Below are positions 23,201 to 36,800 of a DNA stretch of 64,000 nt, in pieces (position 1 is the first letter of the stretch; every line of letters begins with the position of its first letter). Made by a program: the position numbers and the translations under genes. Below the pieces are notes generated by a model, which worked only from the letters and a program-made list of their open reading frames with translations, was not told the origin of the DNA and made no database searches. Origin of the DNA: Phaeosaccion multiseriatum (lineage: Eukaryota; Protista; Ochrophyta, other classes); the NCBI GenBank assembly GCA_965112735.1, contig OZ218952.1, forward strand, positions 2,914,001-2,978,000, read 5' to 3'.

Positions 23201-25166
23201 ACACTTAGAGAGCGGGATATGGTATTTTAAGGACAGCAGGACCCCTCCCTTCGAGCTTGATGCCGAGGTATCGGGCAGTGACGATTCCGACAACGACCAG
23301 ACCATCGTGAGGTGAGTGGAGGAGAGAGAGAGAAATGGAAAGAGAGAGACATACACACAGAGAGAAGGACAGGTGAAAGAGAGCATGGAGTGGTGCATCC
23401 AACCCAGATGGATTCGTTTCATAGCATGTCGGACCATCATCCTACTACTTGGATCGCCCTGGTCCTTTTCATTCAATGTCTTGACTGAATGCTCGTGCAG
23501 GGTGCCCGACTGTAACGACCTTCGCGGTCTGGGGCAGGGAGACTACAGTGGCTACCTCTATCGCCGGAGCGGCTCTAACAGACACCTCTGGAGGCGCCGG
23601 TGGTACGTCCTTTCAGGCGAGCGATTGTGGATGACCAAGTATCGATGGCCTCCCTGGATGGAGCGTCGTAAGCGTGGCCTGGGAGGGGGGCTAAGCGGCA
23701 GTAACACCACCATCACCACCACCAGCAGCAGCAGGAGTAGCAGTAGCAACACCAGCAGCTACGTGGGGGGAGGACAAGAAGCAGCGAAGCCCAAGGTACA
23801 AGCAGTGAGAACTTCGGTAGGAGCTGTGCTGGCTGCTGTAGTGGGGGGGGAAAGTGGAGGAGAGAGCGAGCCCGCCGCAGTGCAGGGGGGGGGCAGCGGC
23901 AGCGGGCGCATTACTGCTCACGGCAGCGGTCGCATCAGCACCAGCGGTAGCGGGTGTATTAATGCGAGCGGCAGCGGGCCCATCAACGCGAGCCACAGTA
24001 GAGGGACTGGAGGTAGAGGAAGAAGGAGGAAGAGGAGCGAGGGGGGTGTGTCGCACATACACCTTCCCGGACTGAGTATCAGCGAGGGGCTTAGTGACAG
24101 CAGCGGACAGCAGGTGAGGTCACGGCTAGGGTGATGGACAAGCAGCACCAACGTCCCTAAGTGTCCCCTTGCCTGAACCTATGGTAGTACCGCAAGATAA
24201 CCAGGATGAGTGTGTATATTTGCCCCTCCTCCTCCGTCTCCTCCTCCTCCTCCTCCTCCTCCTCCTCCTCCTCCTCCTTCTCCTCTCTCCAATGTGTCCC
24301 ACCTGCCACCCTCAGAGCGTTCCGTTTGCGTTTGAGTTGCATTGTCCTCAAGATAAGCTTATTTTTCGAGCAGAGAGCAGAGCCAAGCAGGTGAGAGCGC
24401 AAGGGTGGGGAGGGGTGAGAAGGCTAGGAAGACGGCAAGGAAGGGAGAGAGGGAGGAGGAGGAGGAGGAGGAGGAGGAGGAGGAGGAGGAGGAGGAGGAA
24501 AGTGGGCGAAGATAAAAGGAGGGGCGGGGGTGACAGAACCTGCACAATCGATGCTTAAGTTTCAGTTCATTGACCTATGTCGACGTCCATACATCGTATG
24601 GATATCAATCGACAAAAGCTCCTCCGTCTTAATTCTTTCTCGCTGCGTATCTACATGCTGAACAACTAAATTAGGTGGTGTGGATGCAAGCACTGGAGAG
24701 AAGCATCCTCCTCGCCACCGAGAATAACCTCCTTGCCGTGGCAGAACACATCATCTGCGACGAGCAGTACTCCAGGAGCCGCCTAGCACTGGGAATAGGC
24801 AGGGGAGGAGCCAACAAGGGGGCACGGGGAGTGGCGGGCAAGAGCTGGAGTCGGCGGAAGAGCAAAAGCCGCAGGAGCGAGAGGCGTGAGTCCAGGCAAC
24901 AACCAAGTGCCAAGTCTATGGTGTTGTCGTTCGCAGAGGCAGAGGCAATAGCAGCGACCACAGCAATAGCAGCAACATCAGCAGAAGGAGGGGAAGGGGA
25001 AGGGGGAGGGGAGGGTGGCAGCACGGGAGAAGGGGTGGGGATGGCAGTGGACGCGCTGAACGCGACGTGGCCTACGACCCCTTTAGGCCGCTTGGGGCCG
25101 GGCCTAAAGCGAAACGCCTTTAATGGACTCGACTTCCCTGCGTCTTCTCCTCGAGAAAAGGAATAG
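22488..25166 (+). CDS. PH-domain protein with N-terminal RA/FERM-N-like region
   Basis: Exons 22488-23311, 23501-24113, 24316-24390, 24675-25166. SGYLYRRS...WRRRWYVL and FAFELH...LIFRAES...WMQALERSI are the two halves of a PH fold. Confidence 0.75.
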
Positions 25167-25637
25167 CAACCCCCCTCCCAGGGGGCGCAGCTGTTCTTTA
25201 GTAACTAATAATGACTGTGTATATTGTAATAGAGTAAAAAGAGGTCTACTGGCCGAAGAGCATTGCTCCGCTATAAAAACACCCGCCCCGCCGCTGCCCC
25301 TCCTCACCAGCGAAAGAGCCGAGACAGGAAGGAAGACACAACAAGGAGGCCCAGCGGCACAACCCCCCCACCCCCCTCTAGCACTCCTATACAGACAGTA
25401 CAGGCACAACCTACCACCACCGAGCACACACACACACGTATCCGTATCTGACTGTTTTAACTTGAATTCACGTCCGTTTAGCATCGCTCTGTCCACATCG
25501 CGTACGCCGAGGGGTGGGGGGGGGGGGGGCGACCAATGAGGCAATGGGGCGGTGAACTGTCTCTTGCGGGATGCCGTTTCGTCCGTTTCGTCCTTTTCGT
25601 GTCTCTCCTAGCAAGCGCTTCTTGTGTCTCCCTTTCC

Positions 25638-28600
25638 CTACAAGGACGAGAGCCTGGGCACTGAGGTACAGAGAATGCATTGATTGACACAGAGAAGAGG
25701 GGGAGGGGCGAACGGACGGAAAGGAAGGTAGACAACAAGGGGGTTGGGGCGTGGGCGTGGGTGGGGGATGGGAGAAGGGAGGGGGGTGGGCATGGTTCTC
25801 GCGCACGTTTCAGAATGTCAAAAAGACATCACATTCGTTTCTTTGGGATTGGGACTTCCACTGGCACACCACAAGAAAGCTGCAGAAAGCTCTGCAAAAG
25901 CCCCACAAAAAGAAAGGTTTGCAATCAGGCCTACACACTCGTATTAGACCTTACTACACTCCACCCCTCTCTCATCAGAGCCTCACACCTATCAGACCTC
26001 CTTCTTCAACCAATCAATCAATCAATCAATCAATCTATCTATCTATCTATCACAACGTACCTGCAGCAACCTCCCCGACGGCGGCCATGCTGAGCTTCGA
26101 CTTGGTGACCTTCGCTGCCACGCTGGCCACATCGGCCGCCTGCACCCCGTCCACAGAGGACGCCAGGTTGAGCGCTCCGGAGTAGAGAGCCGCCACACAC
26201 TCGGAGGGCGACGACACGCCCTGGGGGGTGGGGTGGGGTGGGGTTGGGCAAAGGAGGGGGAGGGGTGAGTGAGTGACGAAGGGGTGTGAGAACGGCGAAC
26301 GAAGCGAAAATGATTCTACACTTCCACCTACACCCACACAAAAACACACACACACACAAATACACACACACCTGCAGCAGCTCGAGCTTGTATGCCGCCT
26401 TTGCCCCCTCCACCTCAGCGGCAGTGGGCTTGGACGACGATAGACCCTTGAGGCAAGAGGACATGGCCGCCAGCAGGCCGCCCATGCCTGCGTCATGGTC
26501 TTCGTCGCTCACTGGGGCCTGGCCAGTCACGCCCAGGAGGCCCGTATCGGAGAGAGACAAGCCGAAACTGTTCATGGAACACCTCGGTGAGATGGATCCG
26601 GCGGCGGCGATGGACACGCGCTGGGAGAGGACGTGCTGTGGGAGGAGGGAGGGAGAGAGGAGGAGGGGAGGGTGGGGGGGGGGGAGTAAGTGGCAAACTC
26701 TTGATATAAAATAAAAATAAGCATACATTGCCCATGCACGGTGGACTGTTTTGTCATGTTTTTAGTCTTTCCTCGGCCCCAACTAGTCCCGCCCGTGCCC
26801 CTCCGCCGCCCTCACTCCCCTTCCTCCTCCTCCGCCTCCTCCTCCTCCCCCTCCTCCTCCTTCTCGTCCTGCTTCTCGTCTTCCTCCTTCTCTTCCTCCT
26901 CCTCTTCCTCACTCCTCACTCCTCACTCCTCCACTCACCTTGAGCACTCCAAAGGCCGCTGCGTCCGGCTCGCACCCGCCCACCCCCTCAAAGGCCAGAG
27001 ACACCTGCGTGTAAGGAGAGATGGCCGCCTGTACGCGCACCTCGCCTCCGGTGTAGGGGCTCTCCACAAGCACAGGCGCAGGGCCGCTCTCCACCTTGCC
27101 AAAGCTCTCCTCGGCAAGGGTAAGGAGGTCGGCATGAGCAATGCCGCTGCCCACCAGCGTCATGTTGTTGGAGGTACGGGTAGCGTCGAGGTAAGGGAAG
27201 ACAGAGGAGGTCTTCGCGGGGAGGAAGATAGAGTGCCCGAGAGCGGAGTTCTCTCCGTAGGCGGCCGAGTAGAGTGCCTCGTTCACAGACACCTGTGGAG
27301 GGAGGAGGAGGAGGGGAGGGGAGGGGGGAGGAGAAGGAGGAGGGGGGAGGGAGGAAGAGGAGGAGGAGGAGGAGGAGGAGGGGGGGGGAGGGAGGAAGAG
27401 GGGGAGGAGGAGGAGGAGGAGGAGGGGGAGGAGGATGAGGAGGAGGATGAGGAGGAGGAGGAGGAGGAGGAGGAGGAGGAGGAGGAGGAGGAGGAGGAGG
27501 AGGGGGTTTTCCAGCTTCCGTTTTTGAAGGAACAAAAAACGCCTCTGCCGCGGCAGCTATAGCGCATTTGATGTAGTCTCACAGATTGCAAACACCCTCT
27601 GTCGTCACCTCTCCCCCCTTCCCTTCCCTTCCCTTCTGACCACCTCCCTGTCCGTCCGCCCCGCCTCTTCTTCTTCCCCCGCTCCTTCCATCGCCTCCAC
27701 CCCATCCCATCGCATGGCATCCCTCTGGTGTGTGTGCCTCGTGCGTGTGTGTATGCCTCACTCACCTTGGCCGACCGATGCGCCTCTGTCAAGTCAATCT
27801 CGGACACCTTCTTTGAGATTTCCTCCAGCTCGAAGCCCCCTGCGCAGTAGAGCGTGGTCTCTGCCAGCGTCCCTACCGCCATTTCCGCCAACTCCGGTCC
27901 GGCCCTGCCGTGCACCTGCATCAGAGTCATCTCCCGTCCGCCGCTCGCCGCTCCGGTGGCTCCAGCGTCCTCCAGGGACCTGATGTTGGGAAGAAATGGG
28001 AGGCAAGAAGGAAGGAAGGAAGGAAGGAAGAAATGAAGGAAAGAGGCAGCCACGCCACCGCAAAAGCCCATAGCAGCGTGAGTGATGGAGGTTTCACGGA
28101 ACGCATTTCACTGACCCCACACTACTTAACAACCCCACAGACAAAGGAACATAGGCCCCACAAAAGCAATGCTTGCTTTGCTTCTCTCATTCGCCTCACA
28201 CTTCCCACCCAAACGACAAAAGAAACAGAGACCTTGCAATGCCTTGCTTGTGCTGCTCTTGCTCCTACTTGCCCCACCCGCCCACCTACCTTGTGATTTG
28301 CAGAGTGGAACGGTTTGTTGTGGTTCGGAAAGCGAGGTTCTGCGCAAAGAGAGCACAACCACGCTGGAACGGGTCCTCTGCCCGGGAGCCTGAGCTCAGC
28401 ACGACACCATAGGATGCAATAGCGCTGCCACTGTCGTAGGACAAGACCTTGACCCCATTTGCCAGAGAAGACACTTGAGAGGCGGGTGCGCTTGGTTGGG
28501 AGGGAGGGTGTTTTGGGGTTCTGCAAAACACACACAAAGGACAGCAAAAAGGCAGGCCAGGCAAAGAAGGAGGAAAGGGACGGAAGAAACAAGGGTGAGG

Positions 28601-29027
28601 GGGAGGGGAGAGAAAAGGAGGAGGGGAAGAACATGCGCAAGGAGGAAGACCAATGAGGAGAGAGGAGAGCTGGGCAGCATGGTGAGAACACATAATTTCC
28701 CTCGCCTTCTCTCTATCCCTTCACCCCCCCCGTGGGCATTTACTTGGGTGGAGCAATCATCCAGGGCGAGGAAGATAGATGGCTTGCGAACAACGGGGCA
28801 TGCCTTACGAGTCTTTTATGAAGTAACCTCCCAGCCAAGTGCAATCAGTCTGCAGCTTTTATGTTTGCATTCTCCTTCTTCGTCTCTCTTTTTTCGGCCC
28901 ACCTCACTCACCCCTCAAATTCCTCCTCCAACGTGAGCAGCGAGGAAAAGCTCCTACGGCCTGCAGCAGCCGCAGCCGACCCTGCAGATCTTGCGCTGAG
29001 GCAGCGTGGGATCCTCCTCATCATCAT
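25638..29027 (-). CDS. Mitochondrial M16 family inactive subunit (complex III core protein 2 / MPP-alpha-like)
   Basis: Exons 29027-28912, 28520-28290, 27979-27766, 27292-26939, 26635-26372, 26220-26061, 25660-25638. Presequence MMMRRIPRCLSARS...RRSFSS; LANGVKV, GSRAE, LAFRTT.NRS, YTGGEVR, SDTGLLG. HxxEH replaced by LFAQN; no MPP-alpha glycine-rich loop. Confidence 0.85.
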
Positions 29028-29179
29028 CTTGTCGTCTCCCTACAAACTCCCCGTACGAGGCTGTTTTGCCAACTACCCCCCCGGGTAAACCCAATTGTGA
29101 TCCGTCTAACCAACGTCTATACCAATCCCCATCACGCGCCTGCCGCACGATCAAAAAAAGTGTCTCTGGGTGGCCTAAC

Positions 29180-31612
29180 ATGATGGACACCTCTTCTTTT
29201 GGCGGACGGTTGATGAGGCTCGGCCTGCTTGTGCTCTTGGGCGGGCACGGGATTGTTACCGCCCACGACGACCATGATGACAACCCCAGTTGCAATGCGG
29301 AGCTGGACGAGGAGGCCTGCCGGGCCTACGCCTCCGACTCCGCCACGGACAACACCTTCTACTTCTGCACGGACGCCTACGTGTGGGAGTGGAGCAACGA
29401 CGCGATTACCATGCCGACAGCGGCGAGCGACTCCAGCTGCCTTACCATGGACAAGAACGTGATCGAGGGCCTCGAGGAGGACGTGATGCTCGTGCTCGGG
29501 GGCTGCGACGCCGAGTTTCAGGAAGATAATTGCTCCAGCGTCACGGAGGCCGCCATGGAATACAGCCCCAGCAACGACGCCTTCACACTCCTCGATGACA
29601 TGCCACGACAGCGGTACCGCTTTGCCGCGGTCAATGTATCCAAGTGAGTTAGAGGTCGGCCAATCTTCTTCCCACCACGCTCCTTGAGGTGCGGAACCAG
29701 AATCAACATCACCTTGACGCCGCCTTTCTTTTTTTCTTCTTTCCTTTCTCTCTCCCTTTTGTGTGTGTGTGTGTTTTGGTCGCTTTGCGTTGCCCCCCCC
29801 CATCCGCCCCTACGCCCTTTGCACCCCTCCCAACCCGTCCAAGCTACGTGTACCTGCTCGGCGGGAGGAACGAGTCGGACGGCCTCGTCAAACAGATAGA
29901 CTTTTTCGACGTCCTGACCTCCTCCTGGGACACTCTGGATGACGAGTGGGAAGGGGCAACGTCCGATAACGCAGGCTTCAGCACGCAAGACGGCTCCATC
30001 TACGTCGTGGGCGGGTACGATGCCAGCTACGCTGATTTTGCCAACACCTACAAGGTGAGAGAGAGGGAGAGAGGCAGGGAGGGGAGACCAAGAGACGGGG
30101 GGGGGAGAGAGAGGGGGGAAGGGGAGGGAGGTATCCCCTCCCCTCTGAGCTATCCCACCTCCCCTCCCTCTCAAGAAAGTGACCGCGCTTCCTATTCTCG
30201 AGCTCATCCCCCCCCCCTTCCCTCCTTCCTCCCCTCCCCGCCCCCTCTCACACTCAAGGTGACGGTTGACCCCGATGCCAAGTCTGCAAGCTTCGAGGAA
30301 GTGGCGAGTATGGAAGCGTCTCGAGGGGACCACTCGTGCATCAAGACTCCGGGAGATGACTACGCCTATTGCATGGGTGAGCAGGAGGGAGTCTCTCTGC
30401 TTGTGCCTGTATGTGTGTGTCGACTTGTTGTCCTTGTGTTCTCCTTTCGTATGGGTTATGTTTGGGCTTTTTCTTCGCCTTGCGTGTCTCTCTCTCTGTC
30501 TCTCTCTCTACCTGTAACCCGCCCCCCTTTCTCTCTCTTTCCCCCAGCCTCTCTCTCTGTGTGTATCTTCTCTTTTCTTTTCGCGACAAGAGCACCACCA
30601 CGCTCTTACCAAAGCGTCTCCAACCTCCCCACCCACCCACTCACTCGCCCACCCATGCCCTCTATCCCCACCCATAGGCGGTTTCACCAATGGGCCCAAC
30701 GCGGTGGACAGTCTCGAACGTTACGACACCTCTACGGACACTTGGACAACGCTGGAACACATGCAACAGGCCAGGGGCGACTTCGCCGTCGGATATCTCA
30801 ACTCAAGAATACACGTGGTGGGAGGTGAAGACGCGGAGGGCTCAATCGCCAATGTGGAGTGGTATGACGGTGAGTCTTCACTCCTCACCTCCCTCACTCA
30901 CTCACCCAACCACCCACCCCCCCACTCTTACCCACTCGCTCGCTCACCCACCCACTCACTCACTCGCTCACTCGCTCACCCCCTCACTGACCCAGTCCCT
31001 CCCGCCCTCCCTCCCTCCCTCAGTTGAGAATGACTGCTGGACTGGCAGCGACCTCTTTGACATTCCGTTTGATCGATTCCGTTACTGCGGTGCCACCAAC
31101 ACGGTAAGATAACAGTCCATGGGGTGGGTGTGTGGCTGTGTAGCTGTGATACTGTTCGTGTTCCCTTTCATATCATGTAGTCCCTTTGTATAGACGCCTT
31201 CTTTCTAAGCGCTGACCGGCGTTGTGCTTCACTGGGGCGTTCCGTTATTCTATTCTAAAGTGTTTCGCTCACTTGCGCTCTTCTGTCTCTCTCTCTCTCT
31301 TCCTCCTCACTCCCTTTCATTGTCTCCCGACCCCCCTCCCCTCCCCTCTCTCTCCCTGTCTATATCTTATATCAGGCTGATGACCGCATCTACGCCTTTG
31401 GCGGGCAGTCGTCGGCGAGGGCTTTTACATCCGACGGCGGAAACGTTTCGCAGGTGACCGACATCAGCGACGGGGTGCTCTGGTACCAGGAGATTGCCAC
31501 GTCCTCGACTGGCACTGCGGGAAACGCTGCACCCGCTGCGCTGAGCCTTGGCTCCTGTGCCGCCCCTCTGCTGCTCTCGGCGGTCGTGGCGGCTGTGATG
31601 CTGGCCGCTTAG
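29180..31612 (+). CDS. Secreted, probably GPI-anchored kelch-repeat beta-propeller protein
   Basis: Exons 29180-29643, 29844-30054, 30259-30376, 30678-30869, 31024-31103, 31376-31612. Signal peptide; repeated VLGG/YLLGG/IYVVGG/YCMGG/IHVVGG/IYAFGG kelch blades; hydrophobic C-terminus running to the stop. Confidence 0.85.
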
Positions 31613-32189
31613 CTACTGTAGCGCTGGTTGGTAGCTTAGCTAGGCTTCGGAGCCGCAAGGGTTGGCAAAGGTTCATGGAGCGTATTATGACTGTGTTTTC
31701 CAAGCTGCAGCAAGGTCCTTCTCACTTTCTCATGCTGTAGCAAAGTCAAATTGACTAGATAAACCACCACGCCGTAAATCAATGCTTTGGCATGAACGGC
31801 GTGGTTGGACAAGAGCCCAAAGTGAATTGTTAGAAAGGGTTGGGATAGGGTTGTGAAAATTGAGGGACAAACACGTAAATATACACAAATGGAGGGACAA
31901 ATACGGCGTACACAGAGAGGAGTGAATCTTCTTCATCTTCCACAGCGTGCTCTGCTGGCCGTCGGCGGTAGCAGGTAGCAGGTAGCAGGCCCATCATACC
32001 GTATCCCCCCTTAGGAGTAGAGGGCTTTTTGCTCATGTCCTGTTTTCTTCCTGTTGATGTCGTCCGGTGCTTCCGTGCGGACTGTGGTCACGAAGCTTTC
32101 TGGGCACGTCGCCCCTCATCCGACAGGGGAGGGGGGAAAGGAAGCTCCGAGGGGAAGCTCAGACAAGCACTTCTTTTCTACTTATGGCG

Positions 32190-32317
32190 TGCCACCTGCT
32201 ACCCTGCTACCCTGCTACCTTGCCTTCGCCAGCTTTCTGCCAGAGATGTTCAGTGCCGGCTCAGGGCCTTTTACATGCTACCGAAGAATAGCAGCTCGGT
32301 AAATTGTCAGGGGTCGA
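32190..32317. mobile_element. Degenerate single end of the TCGACCCCTGAC-TIR element, copy D (GGTAG subfamily)
   Basis: AGGGCC...CATGCTACCGA..GA...GCTCGGT...GTCAGGGGTCGA is colinear with the end of copy A. CTGCTACC repeats at 32196-32220 and inverted GGTAGCAG repeats at 31967-31989. Confidence 0.6.
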
Positions 32318-32615
32318 ATCTCACTACCCTCAGTGCATCCCCCTGTGCCCCCCCCCATCCACGCCGACACTTCTCCTGCTTATATTAGTCCCTTCGATTC
32401 GTACGCCCCCTCTCCCGCCCCACTGACTCGTTTGTAAATTAAAGCCTTCCAAACCTCTACTTCTCTCCGACAGAGCAACTTGGATCTAGCTGTGTACGAT
32501 ATAATACATATAATAATTCGTTGTAATACTTTATACATACGTTAGTTGTTGGGGGGTGTTTTGCTGCAATCCAGAGGCTATGGTGGTGTATGTGTGCAAG
32601 CAAGGACGTGAGAAG

Positions 32616-33530
32616 CTAACATTTATACAGGCATATGGCAGTCTTCCCGTGATAGAAGAAGATGAAGTGCTTGCTCGCGTGTGTAACATAGGCCTTAAAG
32701 TCCGTTCCCAAGATGCAAAACCATGTCGGCCCATACTGCGCACACGGAGGAAAGGAAAGGGGGGTCAAGCCGGCGGAAGGACGGGGAGGGGGGTTTAGGA
32801 TCGACCAATCGACGGACGGGAGCCAGGCCTCAGAGGACAGCACGACTTCGAGGCAACACTGAGGTCGTAGAGCAGTCCACTGGCTTATCTAGGCATCGAC
32901 ATTCGGGTCTGGGAATGCCCATCAATATACAGGGATTAGCAAGTGGAAGGGTAGAGAGGAGCGTCTGGAGAGAGAGAGAGAGAGAGAGAGTTTCGACACG
33001 AAGAGATACGGTAGCTACGACTGCTGTGCAAGAAGCGAAGCGCCGGGGGCTAAGTGGGGTCGGTGCGTCCCGAGCTCCGTTGAAGACTCCCCGCCTACCC
33101 CCCTAAACGTCCTACTACCCATCAAACCCAGCCAATGCCGTAGTACCTTCTCATCGAATTTCATCTTTAGCTCCTTCGAAATTGCCTTTTCCTCTGCGTG
33201 TGTATTGATCGCTGCTTCTGCCCATGCTTCTGCGTCGTTCTTCATGTCTCCGTGCTCGTCCACTGTGTGGTACGCAAACGACAGCCGAAGGGAGCGGGGG
33301 AGACGTGATGAGGCAGGGGTATGATGGTGGGGAGGGTAGGGCAGACAGGAACCATGTCTGCTTTACAAGCCAAGTCAGCGAAGAAGAGCACCCGCCTCCT
33401 GCCAAGCACTATCTTATCTTCTCATGAGCCTCATCCTTTCTCCCATACAACCCACGGAGAATCCCACGCAAAAACTCCGGTCGGACTCACTGTCAAAGAC
33501 GAGCTTCGCGGAGGTTCCTGATGACTCCAT
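32616..33530 (-). CDS. Dynein light chain type 1 (LC8 family)
   Basis: Exons 33530-33491, 33262-33147, 32735-32616. EKAISKELKMKFDEKYGPTWFCILGTDFKAYVTHASKHFIFFY.GKTAICLYKC. Confidence 0.92.
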
Positions 33531-33847
33531 GGCCTTCTCCTGCTTCTTTTCCCCTACGTCTTTTCTTGTCTTCGCCTTCCCAATTCCAGCCGTTAGGAAT
33601 TGCTGACTTATTATTTTCAGTACAAAATTCACGCTTCCCTCTTCTCTTTTTCTATTTTTCTGGGCTCACGCAATACGTCGCAAAACAGAAAGCGGGTGAG
33701 CACAGAAGCCCTATGTGCGAAGATAATATCACCACCCCACATGCTTGTGGTGCTGGTGCTGGTGCTGTGTGTCTCTGCGGCGGCCGGTGCCTGCGCTGTG
33801 CGGTCTAGGTGAGGTAGACAGGCGGCGGACAAGCCAGAACACACACA

Positions 33848-36800
33848 ATGACGACGGAAAAGGAGGGGGAGGGGGAGAAGCAGGGAATGGAAAAGGGCGA
33901 AGGAGGCAGGGATAAGACTGGAGAGGCAGAGGTGGAGAGCAGTGGGGAAGGGGCGATTGCGGCAGCTGAGAGCCAAAGGAGGTGGAGCAGTGCTGGAACA
34001 ACTGCTCCCGACTCCGGTCACCGTGCCTCCGGAGGTATCCTCAGCCCTCAGCGCATCAGGGAGAGGGGAAGGAGGAACAGGAGCGATAGCGATACCATAC
34101 TGCGCGAAGCTGTAGCAGGAGGGGGTTCGTCGGTCACCCTCTCTCCCCGCGCACGGCTCCATTCCTTGGGCTTGCTGCCCTTGCCCATAGGTATCGGTGG
34201 GGACAACGAGGGCGGTGAAGGAGCGGCTCCACAGCAGGAAGCGGTCAGATCCATTTCTCCGCCGTCAGACTCATTGTTTGGGGCCCCGAACCCATCGACC
34301 CCGCCTCCGCAGCACAACGGATCCGGAACCATAGCAAGAGGAACCTCACACTCTCGTTCACCGAGCACTTTTGCCAACGGCGGCAGGCACGGAGCGCAGG
34401 TCCCAACGCTGGGAACTACCAAAGGGGTTAGAGAAGGGGATTTAGCAGTATCAGCGGCAGCAGCGGTAGCGGCAGGACACGTAAGCGATGGCAGCGATGC
34501 TCAGGGACTCACCATTGATGGGCAGCTGTACCATCCGGTCGTGCAAGTGGGTCACGAAGCAGGGCAGAGAGACGTGGAAAGGGACAATTCTGAGCTAGAG
34601 GGGAAGCCTGTGCCACTCGGACCTACTGTGCCGCTTTGCTACTCGTGCGGCAAGATGATGTTACCAAGTGCCGAGGCCTGTTTGGACTCCAGTGGGACAG
34701 GGCCAATGTCCAGTATTGCCCCTCCCTCTCTAGAGTCTCTAAGGGGTGCAAACTGTGGAGTAGGCTTCCACAATCAGGCGGGAGGGAGTGGCATGGGGAG
34801 CGGGGGCAGCTGGATGAATCCTCCTACGTCAGGGCAGAGTCTGGTCAGTCCGAGTCCCCTCAACGCTCATCACAACGTGCACGGGGGCGGGGGTGGCAAA
34901 TGGAACGCGAGGGCGGGCAGAGTGAGGAAGGGGCGATGGAAGAGGGGCAAGGTGATTGGAGAGGGGGCCGTGGGGAAAGTGTACCTTGGCATGAATGAAG
35001 AAACGGGTGCACTGATGGCCGTCAAGGAGATCAACTTGCATCGTAGAGAGAAGGAGTTGAGGGAGCTGTACACGGAGATTCAGGTCATGCATCAGCTTCG
35101 GCACAAGCACATTGTGGCCTACCTCGGGGCCGAGCTCATTGAAGAGAGGAACATTCTCTGTCTGTTTCAGGAGTGGGCCCCCGCCGGGTCGTTGTACCAA
35201 CTGCTGGAGCACTTTGGAGCCATGAGCGAGAGCATGGTGGCCAAGTACACATCAGAGGTCCTTGACGGTTTGGCCTACTTGCACGAGAATCACGTCATCC
35301 ACAGAGACATCAAGTGCAAGAACATACTCGTGGACGATGCGGGCGTAGCCAAGCTTGCGGACTTTGGCTGTGCTCTGCTCATGGAGGAAGGAGAGATGGA
35401 AGACATGGTAATGACCATGACGGGCACTCCCAGCTTCATGGCGCCGGAGATTCTGCTTCGACGCAAGTCGGGTCGAAGGATGGATATCTGGTCCCTGGGC
35501 TGTGTGGTGATGGAAATGGCAACCTGTATGGCGCCTTGGGAGGACACCTTTCGCACCCCATGGGAGCTTGTGAACCACTTCAAGACGAGCGAGGAGCCTC
35601 CTGAGATTCCGGCGACCATTGGAAAAGAGTTGTCAGCTTTTCTGCGGCGTTGCTTCACGTTTGACCCATTGCAGCGGCCTCGGGCAGTGGAGCTTCTAGA
35701 GGACCCATTCCTGCTCTGTAGTGTGGACACCTTTTCTACTTCACGGGTCTTCCCTTCCTGCAGTAGCAACGGTCTGTCGAGTATGATCAGCCGCCAACAC
35801 ATGAGTACCGACTCGCTGGTGCCACCGGGTGGTGCAGGGCAATGTCCGCTGGAGGAGGATTACGCACTTGGCCTTGGCAGCACCAGCGTCACTCCTTCTG
35901 CAAGTATGGGAGGCGGCATACGCACCTCGCAGAGCAGCGGCACCCTGGGGGGACTCCTCGGCCCTCCGCATTTATCTTTGCGGGTGAGGACGGCTCCCAT
36001 CATGGCTACGTCTCCTGGCTTTGGGCAGGGGCAGGGGCAGCAGCAGGAGGAGAAGGGAGAGGACAGCGAGGTGCCGCTCGAGGAGATGGGAAAGGCAGAG
36101 GCCATCAGCCGCCTGAGGCGAGCCTGCAGCTCCGATTTGTTGAAGAATATGGACCGGACCAACTGTAATGGTACGCCAGGAAGCAGTCGGAGGTTTAGGA
36201 GGCGGCGCCGGAGTGCCTCGGGCCGTATACGGTCTCCTTCAGAGGCGAGCGGAGGAGGGGGCGGGGGGGGCTTTGGCAACTCCAGCGACGATGATAATTC
36301 GCTCTATCTAAAGGGCGGCCGCCTGAACCAGAGGCGAACACACGGGTATGGCGAGGACAGCGGCTTGCACAGGAGGGCGGGAAGCATCGGAGGGGGAGGG
36401 GGGCAGACCTACTCCATTGTGGGAGGTGGTTTTGGTGGTGGTGGAGGAGGAGGAGGAGGAGGAGGAGGAGGAGGAGGAGGAGGAGGAGGAGGACCGGAAG
36501 GAGGGGCAACGGGTGGTGGGATCCCCAACTTCCCCATCACCCCTCCTGCCCATCGTCGAGTTGTGCGCTACCATCATGAAAAGGGCGTCAGTCGCAGCGG
36601 CGGTGACCGGCGTCGGATGCGGAGGAGAAGCACTGCTACTTGCGGGGTGGCGAGAGGAGAGGACCCGCTGGTGGTGGACGGGCTCGCGGCGCAGGTCCTC
36701 CTCGATAAAGATGCCCTCGAGGGGGCTGAGCTACACCACAACTCGCACCACCTCTCTTCTGCCGACTTGCATTCCTTGGGGAGCAACAACTTGGTGGGCA

